Below, piece by piece: positions 55,218 through 64,000 of a stretch of DNA of 64,000 bases (its first letter is position 1; every line of letters begins with the position of its first letter). The notes under the pieces are model-generated. The model ran no database searches. It worked only from the letters and a program-made list of their open reading frames with translations, and had not been told where the DNA came from. Made by a program: the position numbers and the translations under genes. The DNA comes from an uncultured cyanobacterium (GTDB lineage Bacteria; Cyanobacteriota; Cyanobacteriia; Phormidesmidales; Phormidesmidaceae). The stretch covers positions 1,504,001 to 1,568,000 of the forward strand of contig CAWBZI010000001.1 in assembly GCA_963793265.1 (NCBI GenBank), read 5' to 3'.

Positions 55218-55354
55218 TAGCTTTACCTTGAGATTACTTGTTTGCGATCGCCCAAAACCCATCCGAACCCAACCCTTACTACTACACATCTCCTGATCGT
55301 ATCGGATCGCGCGTTATTCTAGGAACTAATAGCCTGCTCTCTTATGCGAAGGTA

Positions 55355-55960
55355 ATGACCATGACCTACACGCTCAAGCGCTACCAAAGTCTAGAAGAAT
55401 TTTTCAATGACGAAGACCTACGCCCCAATGGCAACTACCGACTGCTCAGCACAGGCGAGGCCATAGAGTTGGCTTCAGAAGACAAACTCAACTTAATAAT
55501 TGCCTACGCTCTGATTGAGGCAATTCTAATAGACCAAGGAATTTCAATCATTCGACGCCTTCGTAGGGGAGACGAGGATCTTGAAGTAAGGCCAATGGGT
55601 GATAGGTGGCTCAATCGTCAACCTGATTTGGTACTACTCAAGCCTGAACATCTTATTAGAGAAGAAAAGGCGATCTATTTATCGATGAATCCGCCTGATC
55701 TGGTTGCCGAAATCGTGAGTCCCGGCGGCGACTATAGCGAAAACTACAAGCGTGACTACGTTTGGAAGCGTCAGCAGTACCAAGATAGACAGATTCCCGA
55801 GTACTGGATTATCGATCCGCATCGAGAAAAAATAACGGTGCTAACACTTGTAGAAGGTGAGTATCAAGAAGCTGTCTATGCAAAAGCCGAAGCGATCGCC
55901 TCCCCCACCTTTCCAACCCTACAGCTTTCGCTAATGTCTCTACTGCCTGAAGCGCCCTAA
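55355..55960 (+). CDS. Uma2-family endonuclease
   Basis: QPDLV, PPDLVAEIVSPG, IPEYWIIDP. Confidence 0.88.
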   Translation: MTMTYTLKRYQSLEEFFNDEDLRPNGNYRLLSTGEAIELASEDKLNLIIAYALIEAILIDQGISIIRRLRRGDEDLEVRPMGDRWLNRQPDLVLLKPEHLIREEKAIYLSMNPPDLVAEIVSPGGDYSENYKRDYVWKRQQYQDRQIPEYWIIDPHREKITVLTLVEGEYQEAVYAKAEAIASPTFPTLQLSLMSLLPEAP

Positions 55961-58227
55961 TCCTTTTGCAGCATTTCAGAAAAGTCCAGGTTCTCCGCAG
56001 CCAGCACCAGCACCGTAGACGGTAGCCCCTCAAGCCGATCTTGCAGCGTTTGATAGTACTCAACTAGATCACCTTCAGGCACCGCGAGCCCTAAGAAGAC
56101 CAGATCAGCAGTAGCCGAAGACTTCTGCAAGATCTCATTAAACGGTCTGCCCTTAGCCAAAATAATTTCAGGCACCGCACCGATACGTAGGCTCTGAGTC
56201 AAATTATCTAGGTTCGTTTGCGCCGCCTGCGCCGCCGTATCATCATTCACCACCAGCTTCAGCCGAATCTCTGCCGAGCGCCACTGCCAGCTCGTCCGCA
56301 GCAAATAAGCCAAGATCAGCATCAGCCCGCCGTTAGACTGCAAACCACCCCACCACACGTCTATTCTTTGCTTGTCGCTGCGACCGAACAAAGGCGGCAG
56401 CAGCGACTCTGGCTGTTCATCATCCTTATCATCTCTCAAGATAATTACGTTCCGCTTGGCATCGTGACACATGCGAATCGTATTGCAATAGCGCTCAATG
56501 CTATCAGGTGCCATTTCTTCGCTATCGCCTAGCAGCACCGTATTCGGCACCAGCGGCCCAATGCCGTAGGTTTCTAATAGCTGCTGCGTCCCGACAAAGG
56601 GATCGTCAGCAGTAATGATTTTGGTAAAAGCTTGAACGCCTTTACGCTCCAAAAAGTCGCGCAGCGTCACCTGGGCTTTTTCTTGTTGCACAATGCTGCG
56701 CGAGCCGCTAGGCAAGATGCTCGCGACTGTGATCAAGCCTCGGTTATGCGTAAAAGAACGGGCCATTTCAACTAAATGCCAGCGCTTTGTGGGCGTACCC
56801 GATAAAACCAGCAGATGAGGTCGCCAGTTTTTCGGATCGGCGGTGTCGTCAATATTGAGCAAAGCCGCGCGGACAATGGTCATCCATACGCCCTGACGCA
56901 CGTCGCCCCAGGTGCTCTCAATTTGCCTGCGCTCTAGCCAAAAGTAAATCAGGCCGACAATTACCAGCGCCACAATAGTGGCTACTGGATTGATTAAAAA
57001 CATCACGGCAATACAGCCGAGTGCGCCCAGCATGGAGAGTGACCAGTGCACTTTGAAGGTGGGCCTAAAGGAAGGACTTTGTAGAAATCCCTCGATGCCA
57101 GCAGCGATGTTGAGCACTAAGTAGGTGGTGAGGAAAAACATGGAGAGGACAGGGGCGATCGCATCCAAGCTCCCTAAGCACACAACGGCCAGCACAATCC
57201 CCAACGTAAACAAAGTGCCATAGCGCGGGTCGTCGTTGGGGCCATTGCCTTTACCTAGCCATCGCAACGGACTCGGTAGAATATTGTCGCGAGCCAGCGC
57301 CTGTAAAATTCTGGGCGCACCTAAAATGCTGCCTAATGCGCTAGAGAGCGTTGCGCCCCATACGCCTAGAATGATCGTGTCAATTTTGAACTGCCCAAAC
57401 AAGGCAATCCGCTTCATCACCATCAAATCTGGATTGAGTAGCGCTTGAGAAGCCGTCGGTGTTCGGGTCACCAGAATGTAGGGAATTGCCATGTAAATGA
57501 CGTAGCCGACAATCACCGCTGCCAGTGTGCCGCGCGGAATTGAACGAATTGGATCTTTAAGATCGCCCGACATATTCACACCCGACATAATGCCGGTTAC
57601 CGCCGGGAAAAAGACCGCGAAGACCGCCCAAAAGCCAACCCTTTCAACCTGCGCAAAGTTGATGGCATCCGATGGGTCAGGGACAACATCGTGGCCGAAG
57701 AATAGGGCGATAAGCGACAGGGCAATCGCCGCCATAATGATGTACTGCGCTTTAATCGCAACATCTGCCGAAATCAGCGCCAGTGCGGTCACCAAAACCG
57801 TTGTCACCAAAGCAACTAGCACAATCGGCGCGCTGGGATACACCAGCCGCACGCTCTCAGCAAAACCAATCGTGTAGAGCGCCACTGATAGCGCCTGAGC
57901 AAAGTACAGCGGAATACCTACCGCACCGCCGGTTTCAATCCCTAGCGAGCGGCTGATCATGTAGTATGCGCCGCCTGCTCGCACGACCTTATCTGTAGCG
58001 ATCGCACTAATTGAAAGCGCTGTCAAAAACGTAATTGACGTGGCGATCGTCACAATCGCCAGCGTCGGCCAAAACCCTACCTGCCCGACCACCCAGCCAA
58101 AGCGCAGATACATGATCACGCCTAAAATGGTCAAAATAGACGGCGTAAATACGCCCCCAAACGTGCCTAAACCATTGGCCTCGTCTTTGGCCGGTAGCGA
58201 ATCGACTTTAGGTGAATCTGAAGTCAT
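55957..58227 (-). CDS. Cation-chloride cotransporter (SLC12-like amino acid permease family)
   Basis: LGTFGGVFTPSILTILGVIMYLR, GGAYYMISRSLG, FFPAVTGIM, KNWRP. Confidence 0.9.
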   Translation of the reverse strand: MTSDSPKVDSLPAKDEANGLGTFGGVFTPSILTILGVIMYLRFGWVVGQVGFWPTLAIVTIATSITFLTALSISAIATDKVVRAGGAYYMISRSLGIETGGAVGIPLYFAQALSVALYTIGFAESVRLVYPSAPIVLVALVTTVLVTALALISADVAIKAQYIIMAAIALSLIALFFGHDVVPDPSDAINFAQVERVGFWAVFAVFFPAVTGIMSGVNMSGDLKDPIRSIPRGTLAAVIVGYVIYMAIPYILVTRTPTASQALLNPDLMVMKRIALFGQFKIDTIILGVWGATLSSALGSILGAPRILQALARDNILPSPLRWLGKGNGPNDDPRYGTLFTLGIVLAVVCLGSLDAIAPVLSMFFLTTYLVLNIAAGIEGFLQSPSFRPTFKVHWSLSMLGALGCIAVMFLINPVATIVALVIVGLIYFWLERRQIESTWGDVRQGVWMTIVRAALLNIDDTADPKNWRPHLLVLSGTPTKRWHLVEMARSFTHNRGLITVASILPSGSRSIVQQEKAQVTLRDFLERKGVQAFTKIITADDPFVGTQQLLETYGIGPLVPNTVLLGDSEEMAPDSIERYCNTIRMCHDAKRNVIILRDDKDDEQPESLLPPLFGRSDKQRIDVWWGGLQSNGGLMLILAYLLRTSWQWRSAEIRLKLVVNDDTAAQAAQTNLDNLTQSLRIGAVPEIILAKGRPFNEILQKSSATADLVFLGLAVPEGDLVEYYQTLQDRLEGLPSTVLVLAAENLDFSEMLQKD

Positions 58228-58410
58228 AGAAGTTTCAAAAGGTAAGTTTGACTCGTGGTGGTTTTATTGGCACAGCAGCATATGGTCGCTACGACACATA
58301 GTCGCTTTACAGTCTAGAAGGGTTCGCCCCCTTTGTGCGAGATCACACGCCACCGAACTGCTTTTTCGCTCCCGTTCCCCAGTCTTTTGCCGCCCATCTT
58401 TTCATCTTTT

Positions 58411-59253
58411 ATGAGTATCCCTTCCCCCTCCTCGCCTCAGTGGCAGCGCCTTCTCAAAAACGCAGGCACCTGGCAAGGCTCTTTCACCCAGGTTTCCCCA
58501 TATGGAGAAATCTTGATAGATACGCCCACTGAAGTCGCGCTGATTCCTCAGCAAAACAATCAGGCGATGCGTCAGGAGATCCATCGCTACCCACCGGGCG
58601 AGCCCAAGCAAACCAAAGTGCTTGAATACAGCTCATTGAGCCGCGCCACCTATTTTTTTGAAGACGGCGCGTTTTCTCAAGGCTCTACTCAGTGGGGGCC
58701 GTTTTCACAGTTCGGCGCAGAAATGGGGTTGATCGCGAGTAATCGTCGCCTGCGCCTCGTGCAGCTATTCGATGCCACTAACGAACTCAAGCAAATCACC
58801 CTGATTCGCGAACAGCTCAAAGGCAGCAACACGCCCGAGCAAGAGTCGCTTAAGGCATCAGATTTAATCGGCACTTGGCAAGGTGAAGCAGTGACACACT
58901 ACGCCGACTTACGCCCCGAGCAAACGCAGACAACTCAGCTTAAAATTGAAATGACTGGCAGCGATAGTATCCGTCAAACCCTTACGCACAGCCAAAACAG
59001 CCCGCCCATCACCTCTACAGGCACTATCTCAGGCTCAACCATTTCATTTACCCAGAGCACACAGGCCGTTCGAGTCTTATGCCTTCCCGATGGCGCTTCG
59101 GCCACGTTCCCGCCTACTATCGCGCCGCGTCAGCCGCTATTTTTAGAAGCTGGCTGGCTGCTAAATGCCCATACTCGCCAGCGCATGATTCGTCGCTACG
59201 ATGCTGCTGGTGCTTGGGTTAGCCTCACGCTGGTAACTGAGAACAAGAAATAA
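58411..59253 (+). CDS. DUF3598 protein
   Basis: QWQRLLKNAGTWQGSFT, FLEAGWL, VSLTLVTE. Confidence 0.82.
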   Translation: MSIPSPSSPQWQRLLKNAGTWQGSFTQVSPYGEILIDTPTEVALIPQQNNQAMRQEIHRYPPGEPKQTKVLEYSSLSRATYFFEDGAFSQGSTQWGPFSQFGAEMGLIASNRRLRLVQLFDATNELKQITLIREQLKGSNTPEQESLKASDLIGTWQGEAVTHYADLRPEQTQTTQLKIEMTGSDSIRQTLTHSQNSPPITSTGTISGSTISFTQSTQAVRVLCLPDGASATFPPTIAPRQPLFLEAGWLLNAHTRQRMIRRYDAAGAWVSLTLVTENKK

Positions 59254-59296
59254 CCGCTTTTCTATTACTTGGACAGATATTTAGACAGCCTCTTAG

Positions 59297-59929
59297 CTAC
59301 CGATTTACAGGATGCTGACCGTAAAAAGGCAGCACTGATTCCCATTTTGAGCGATCGCCTCTCTCCCACCGAACACAGGCCACCGTCATCACCCCAGTAA
59401 CAGAGCCTGCAATACCCTGCCCCACCTCTGTAGTCACATTAACCAAAGGCTTCTCCCAATGAGCTAGCACCTGATTCCACTCGTCAACGGGCACCACTTC
59501 ATCAGCGAATGCTGCCTGCAAATCACCACCCGCGCTAGGCCGGTAAATCGCACCAAAAACAGCCTCTCGCTTCGCAGGCATGATCACAGCAATATCGCTT
59601 CCCTCAGCCACCGCACCCGCTGCCAAAGCCGCCAGACTAGACACCCCAAACAGCGGCACCTCCAACTGCTGTGCCAGCGTCCGCGCTGCCACCACCCCAA
59701 TCCGCGTACCCGTAAAGCCTCCCGGCCCTTTTGCCACCGCCACAAAGCTCAGGTCTTGCCAGGTATAGGGCGCAATAAACTCCATCATTTTGACGTGCAA
59801 ATGGCTAGAGACATCGCGGCCTAAGTCCCATACCTGATGCCGTTCTACAGGTTCATTCTGCTCATTACCTACCGACTTGAGCATCAGGCCAAGCTGAGGG
59901 CTGCTCGTATGAATGGCAAGGCCCAACAT
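59297..59929 (-). CDS. tsaB: tRNA t6A biosynthesis protein TsaB
   Basis: LAIHTSS, GPGGFTGTRIGV. Confidence 0.9.
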   Translation of the reverse strand: MLGLAIHTSSPQLGLMLKSVGNEQNEPVERHQVWDLGRDVSSHLHVKMMEFIAPYTWQDLSFVAVAKGPGGFTGTRIGVVAARTLAQQLEVPLFGVSSLAALAAGAVAEGSDIAVIMPAKREAVFGAIYRPSAGGDLQAAFADEVVPVDEWNQVLAHWEKPLVNVTTEVGQGIAGSVTGVMTVACVRWERGDRSKWESVLPFYGQHPVNR

Positions 59930-59993
59930 GGAAAACCTCTAAAAAACTAAAATAAAGACATGCGCGAATGCCTTTGAATCATGCCACGTCCCT

Positions 59994-60293
59994 ATGCCAA
60001 CCTGCGAACTTTGCCTCAGAGACTGCCCGAAGCTTACCGAACATCACCTCACCCCACGCCAGCAAACTAAGCGTCAAAGCAGGCGACAGAACAAGAGAAA
60101 CCGACACGATCTGGGCCCCACTATTGATATTTGTCCGCCCTGTCACAAGCAGGTGCACACGCTATTTACTAACAAAGAGCTGGCCGCTGATCTGCACTCA
60201 ACTGACCTGCTGCGATCGCACCCCGACATGCAAAAGTTTCTCAACTGGATCGCCAAGCAAGACCCCTACAAAAAGGTACGCACCCGCCGCTAG
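59994..60293 (+). CDS. Small HNH endonuclease-like protein
   Basis: CELC...EHHLTP...CPPCHKQVH. Confidence 0.8.
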   Translation: MPTCELCLRDCPKLTEHHLTPRQQTKRQSRRQNKRNRHDLGPTIDICPPCHKQVHTLFTNKELAADLHSTDLLRSHPDMQKFLNWIAKQDPYKKVRTRR

Positions 60294-60297
60294 GTTT

Positions 60298-61335
60298 CTA
60301 TTCTTTAAACCGAAAAGTCGCCATCAAAGGCAAATGGTCTGAAGCCTCTCCCGCCTCAGTCACAACCTGAGTTTGCAGCACTTCGAGCGTACTTGGCGTA
60401 TAGAAAATATAGTCAAGCTTGTATTCAGGGCTATCAGACGGAAACGTGGCGTTATCACTGCTTGACCAATCTGAGGTGACTACCGCAGAGGCAAAAACCT
60501 CAGAGGCGGTCATTTCTTGAATCGAAAACTTAGTCTCACCGAGTTCTTCACCCGATGCGGTTATAAACGTATCGCGGTTTAGAGCGCTGTTGAAGTCACC
60601 GAGCAAAATGACGGGGTGGGTTTGCGCGTATTCTTCTGCAAGCGATCGCACGACCTGAGTCTGCGCTACCCGTGTCTCCTCATCAAAAGCCTCTAAGTGA
60701 GTATTCATCACCACCAGCTTGCGGCCACCCATGTCTACTTCCGAAGCTTGAACCACCCGATCTAGATAGAACGCATTGTAGATAAAATTATTGCCTGCCA
60801 CCTTTTGCAGCACGGTGCGGCTGTTTTTTTCAATGGGATAGCGGCTCAAAACGGCTTGACCCGACAGAATTTTGCCAAAGTGCGCCGATACAGGCCAATA
60901 GGGGAAAGGCAGATAGGTTTTATCCCAGTTGATAGCGATCGCACCTGCTCCTAATCCCAAAGCATTCGCTATTGTCTGAGCCTGGTTCACGCCATAAGAG
61001 CGATCGGCTCCGAAGTCAATTTCTTGAAACGCCACGATGTCGGGATTGATCGATTTGAGCGCAGTGATCGCCTGCGTCTGGTTTGCCTCAAAGAAAGCCT
61101 TTTCGGGCTTAACCGTCGTATTGTTTGCCAGCCCTGAGAGGTAGCCAAGGTTGTAGCTGACAATGGTATAGCTGTCTTTGGCAGTAACCGATGCCGCCGC
61201 CGCACCGTAGTCCACAATGGCCGCATAGTTTTGCTTATCGTAGCTACCCGAAGAGGCCCATACGTAAAAGATTGCGATCGCTACCGTCGGCACACCCACC
61301 AGCAATCCCAGCAGCTTAAACATCACCTTCATCAC
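60298..61335 (-). CDS. Endonuclease/exonuclease/phosphatase family protein
   Basis: SYNLG, FQEID, GDFN, LDYIF, SDHLP; N-terminal TM. Confidence 0.9.
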   Translation of the reverse strand: MMKVMFKLLGLLVGVPTVAIAIFYVWASSGSYDKQNYAAIVDYGAAAASVTAKDSYTIVSYNLGYLSGLANNTTVKPEKAFFEANQTQAITALKSINPDIVAFQEIDFGADRSYGVNQAQTIANALGLGAGAIAINWDKTYLPFPYWPVSAHFGKILSGQAVLSRYPIEKNSRTVLQKVAGNNFIYNAFYLDRVVQASEVDMGGRKLVVMNTHLEAFDEETRVAQTQVVRSLAEEYAQTHPVILLGDFNSALNRDTFITASGEELGETKFSIQEMTASEVFASAVVTSDWSSSDNATFPSDSPEYKLDYIFYTPSTLEVLQTQVVTEAGEASDHLPLMATFRFKE

Positions 61336-61482
61336 CCTTTTTCCCCGCTCGCTTTCCGTTTAATACAACTTATATTGATAGGATTATTCCCCTGGGTAAC
61401 CTCGTAGAAGCCTTAGTCTTTAACCCACTCGTCTAAACACTGAGTTCAACCTGTCAAGTTCAACGTCTTTTGGAGCGGCTTA

Positions 61483-62667
61483 ATGTCCATTAAAAATATA
61501 ATCTTCTATGGATTTCTCGGGTTCATCCCAGTTTCCTTAGCCGCCCACTTTCTAGGCTGGGGCGACTTGATTGTATTCGTCACCGCAGGCTTAGCTATCA
61601 TTCCGCTTGCAGGCTGGATGGGTGCCGCCACCGAAGAAATTGCCGTCGTCCTCGGCCCCTCGCTAGGCGGCCTGATGAACGCAACTTTTGGCAACGCTAC
61701 CGAACTCATCATTGCCATCTTCGCGCTGCGAGCAGGTCTTGTAAACGTTGTAAAGTCCAGCCTCACCGGCTCTATCATCGGCAATCTGCTGCTGGTCATG
61801 GGCCTTTCTATGCTGCTCGGCGGGCTCAAGTTCAAAGAGCAAAGCTTTGAGCCTACCATTGCCCGGCTCAACGCCTCTTCAATGAATTTAGCTGTGATCG
61901 CTATCTTGCTACCAACGGCTGTGGACTTCACGTCTACAGGCATTGAGCAGCCGATTTTACAAAAGCTCTCTATTGCTGTTGCCATCGTACTGATAGGCGT
62001 GTACGGCCTGACACTGCTTTTTTCGATGAAAACCCATGCCTATCTCTATGACGTAGGCACCGCTGAAGACAATAGCGATCCTGAAGCGCTATCTGCTTTA
62101 GCTGGGGGGAACTCAGTGAATATTAAGTCTGGAGAGGGTAAGTTAGCCGATACTAAAGCCCACGACAACGGACATCACGAAGAGCACAAGCCCAACTTAC
62201 CGCTATGGATAGGCGTTTTGCTAGCCGCCACGCTAGTTGTCGCTGTCGAATCCGAATTCTTAGTCGGTACGCTCGAAGTCGCCTCTAAGCAGCTTGGCCT
62301 CTCTGAACTATTCACAGGCGTCATCATTTTGCCAATCATCGGCAACGCCGCCGAACACGCGACCGCCGTAACCGTCGCGCTCAAGAACAAAATGGATCTT
62401 TCTCTCAGCGTAGCAGTGGGCTCTAGTATGCAAATTGCCCTCTTTGTTGCACCACTACTCGTTATCGTAGGCGCATTCATGGGTCAGCCGATGGATCTTG
62501 ACTTCAACAACTTCGAGCTGCTTTCAGTTGCCGTCGCAGTTTTAGTGGCCAACTCCATCAGCGGCGACGGCAAATCCAACTGGCTAGAAGGCACTTTGCT
62601 ACTTGCCACCTACGCAGTCATCAGCCTATCGTTCTACTTTCACCCAGTCATTGAAGGCGTTGGCTAA
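61483..62667 (+). CDS. cax: Ca2+/H+ antiporter
   Basis: GNATELI and GNAAEH alpha repeats, GSSMQIALF. Confidence 0.93.
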   Translation: MSIKNIIFYGFLGFIPVSLAAHFLGWGDLIVFVTAGLAIIPLAGWMGAATEEIAVVLGPSLGGLMNATFGNATELIIAIFALRAGLVNVVKSSLTGSIIGNLLLVMGLSMLLGGLKFKEQSFEPTIARLNASSMNLAVIAILLPTAVDFTSTGIEQPILQKLSIAVAIVLIGVYGLTLLFSMKTHAYLYDVGTAEDNSDPEALSALAGGNSVNIKSGEGKLADTKAHDNGHHEEHKPNLPLWIGVLLAATLVVAVESEFLVGTLEVASKQLGLSELFTGVIILPIIGNAAEHATAVTVALKNKMDLSLSVAVGSSMQIALFVAPLLVIVGAFMGQPMDLDFNNFELLSVAVAVLVANSISGDGKSNWLEGTLLLATYAVISLSFYFHPVIEGVG

Positions 62668-62687
62668 AAGCCGCGTATAAAAGCACA

Positions 62688-63665
62688 ATGATTGACCACG
62701 ACCGATTATTCAAAGAACTCCTGTCTACTTTTTTCTTAGACTTTTTGGAACTGTTTGCACCAGAAGTCCTGAGATACATAGACTCTGATTCCATTACCTT
62801 TCTAGACAAAGAGATCTTCACGGACGTTACAGCAGGCAAGAAATACGAAACCGATCTTCTTGTTCAAGCGCAGTTTCGAGGCCAGCAATCGTTCTTCTTG
62901 ATCCATATAGAAAATCAAGCAACCGATCAGGCTGACTTCGGAAAGCGCATGTTTCGATACTTCTCTCGCCTCTTTGAGCAGTACGATTGTCCGGTATATC
63001 CTATCGTCATTTTTTCTTACGATAGCCCACAGACAATAGCACCTGATGAGTTCAAAGTTGACTTCCCCGATCTTGCTGTTCTGATATTCAATTACCGAGT
63101 AGTTCAACTCAACCAGCTCAACTGGCGCGACTATTTAAAGCGGCAAAACCCAGTCGCCTCGGCGCTAATGTCAAAAATGAAAATTGCAGTAGAAGATAGG
63201 CCAAAGGTGAAAGCAGAGTGCCTACGCCTGCTAGTGACACTAAAGCTAGACGCTGCCAGAATGCAGCTCATCTCAGGATTCGTAGACACCTACTTAAAGC
63301 TGACACCCGAAGAGGAATCAGCGTTTAAGATTGAAATAGGTAGCGCTGAACTTACGGAGCAAGAAGACGTGATGGAAATCGTGACGAGCTGGATGCAGCA
63401 AGGGCTAGAACAAGGGCTAGAACAAGGGCTAGAACAAGGGCTAGAACAAGGGCTAGAACAAGGGCTAGAACGGGGCCGACAGGAAGGCGAACTGAAGGTT
63501 TTGATTCGGCTATTGACAAATAAACTAGGTAGCTTGCCCAGTGATGTACGCGAGAAGATGGACTTGCTGACAGAAGAGCAGATTGAACAGCTAATTGATG
63601 CGTCCCCAGAGCTATCATCGGTAGATGATTTATCTGTTTGGTTGGGGAGTCGGGTTAGTTCATAG
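62688..63665 (+). CDS. Rpn/YhgA-like PD-(D/E)XK protein with DUF4351-type C-terminus
   Basis: DHDRLFKELL, HIENQ, RMFRYF, MEIVTSW, QGLE repeats. Confidence 0.85.
   Translation: MIDHDRLFKELLSTFFLDFLELFAPEVLRYIDSDSITFLDKEIFTDVTAGKKYETDLLVQAQFRGQQSFFLIHIENQATDQADFGKRMFRYFSRLFEQYDCPVYPIVIFSYDSPQTIAPDEFKVDFPDLAVLIFNYRVVQLNQLNWRDYLKRQNPVASALMSKMKIAVEDRPKVKAECLRLLVTLKLDAARMQLISGFVDTYLKLTPEEESAFKIEIGSAELTEQEDVMEIVTSWMQQGLEQGLEQGLEQGLEQGLEQGLERGRQEGELKVLIRLLTNKLGSLPSDVREKMDLLTEEQIEQLIDASPELSSVDDLSVWLGSRVSS
63399..63470 (+). repeat. Six perfect 12-bp tandem repeats CAAGGGCTAGAA (QGLE)
   Basis: Read directly from the sequence. Confidence 0.95.
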
Positions 63666-63683
63666 GGGCGATCGCAACACGCT

Positions 63684-64000
63684 CTAAAACCTATATTGCT
63701 GCTCTCCTACCCACAAACTCACAGGCACACTGTTACCTTTATCATCAACTTTCACATCGACTACAAATGCTTGGTTTCCAGAGCGCTGTATGTCATTAAT
63801 TTGTGAATTGATGTCGTTACGCTGAGACTCGGGCATGTAGTAGGTTTCTAGGCCGTACTCTATGCGCCAGCCGGTATAGCGGCCCTTCAAGGCGACTTGG
63901 TTTTGCGGGAGAGACTGGGGGCGATCGCTACTCACCGCCACAGGCTCCCACGCCGTAGGTACATCGCCTTCCGCCTCATCAGGCGCTTGCAGCGTGACGT
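63684..64000 (-). CDS. GDYXXLXY-domain membrane-anchored protein, C-terminal part (runs off window)
   Basis: LKGRY...IEYGLETYYMPE...VDVKVDDKGNSVP. Confidence 0.7.
   Translation of the reverse strand, partial: VTLQAPDEAEGDVPTAWEPVAVSSDRPQSLPQNQVALKGRYTGWRIEYGLETYYMPESQRNDINSQINDIQRSGNQAFVVDVKVDDKGNSVPVSLWVGEQQYRF

Noticed and set aside
63399..63470. Tandem repeats as a CRISPR array
   Set aside because: No spacers; they are in-frame coding QGLE repeats, and there are no cas genes.

Overview
A cyanobacterial chromosomal window: split rpoC1/rpoC2, psbY, ftrV, curT, nblR, and about one HIP1 octamer (GCGATCGC) per kb. It carries the rpoB-rpoC1-rpoC2 operon and mostly housekeeping genes (hflX, smc, ftsE, NAD kinase, rdgB, mscL, tsaB, cax). 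An accessory stretch at ~22.5-33.4 kb holds frameshifted genes, a DUF29 pair, an LDH/MDH-like + ACT operon and a complete IS1182-family element. Most striking observations: (1) strand composition and synonymous codon choice flip from G/T-rich to C/A-rich across many HIP1 sites, whichever strand the gene is on; (2) a small gene has a ~240-nt highly structured leader, a sigma70 promoter and a perfect CRP box; (3) the IS landed within the first eight codons of a Rieske/FAD reductase, and its end supplies an in-frame replacement N-terminus; (4) hflX probably starts at AUA; (5) a dehydrogenase with a non-canonical specificity loop is coupled to an ACT protein. I saw no rRNA, tRNA or CRISPR array. 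All calls come from reading the sequence; no database searches were run.
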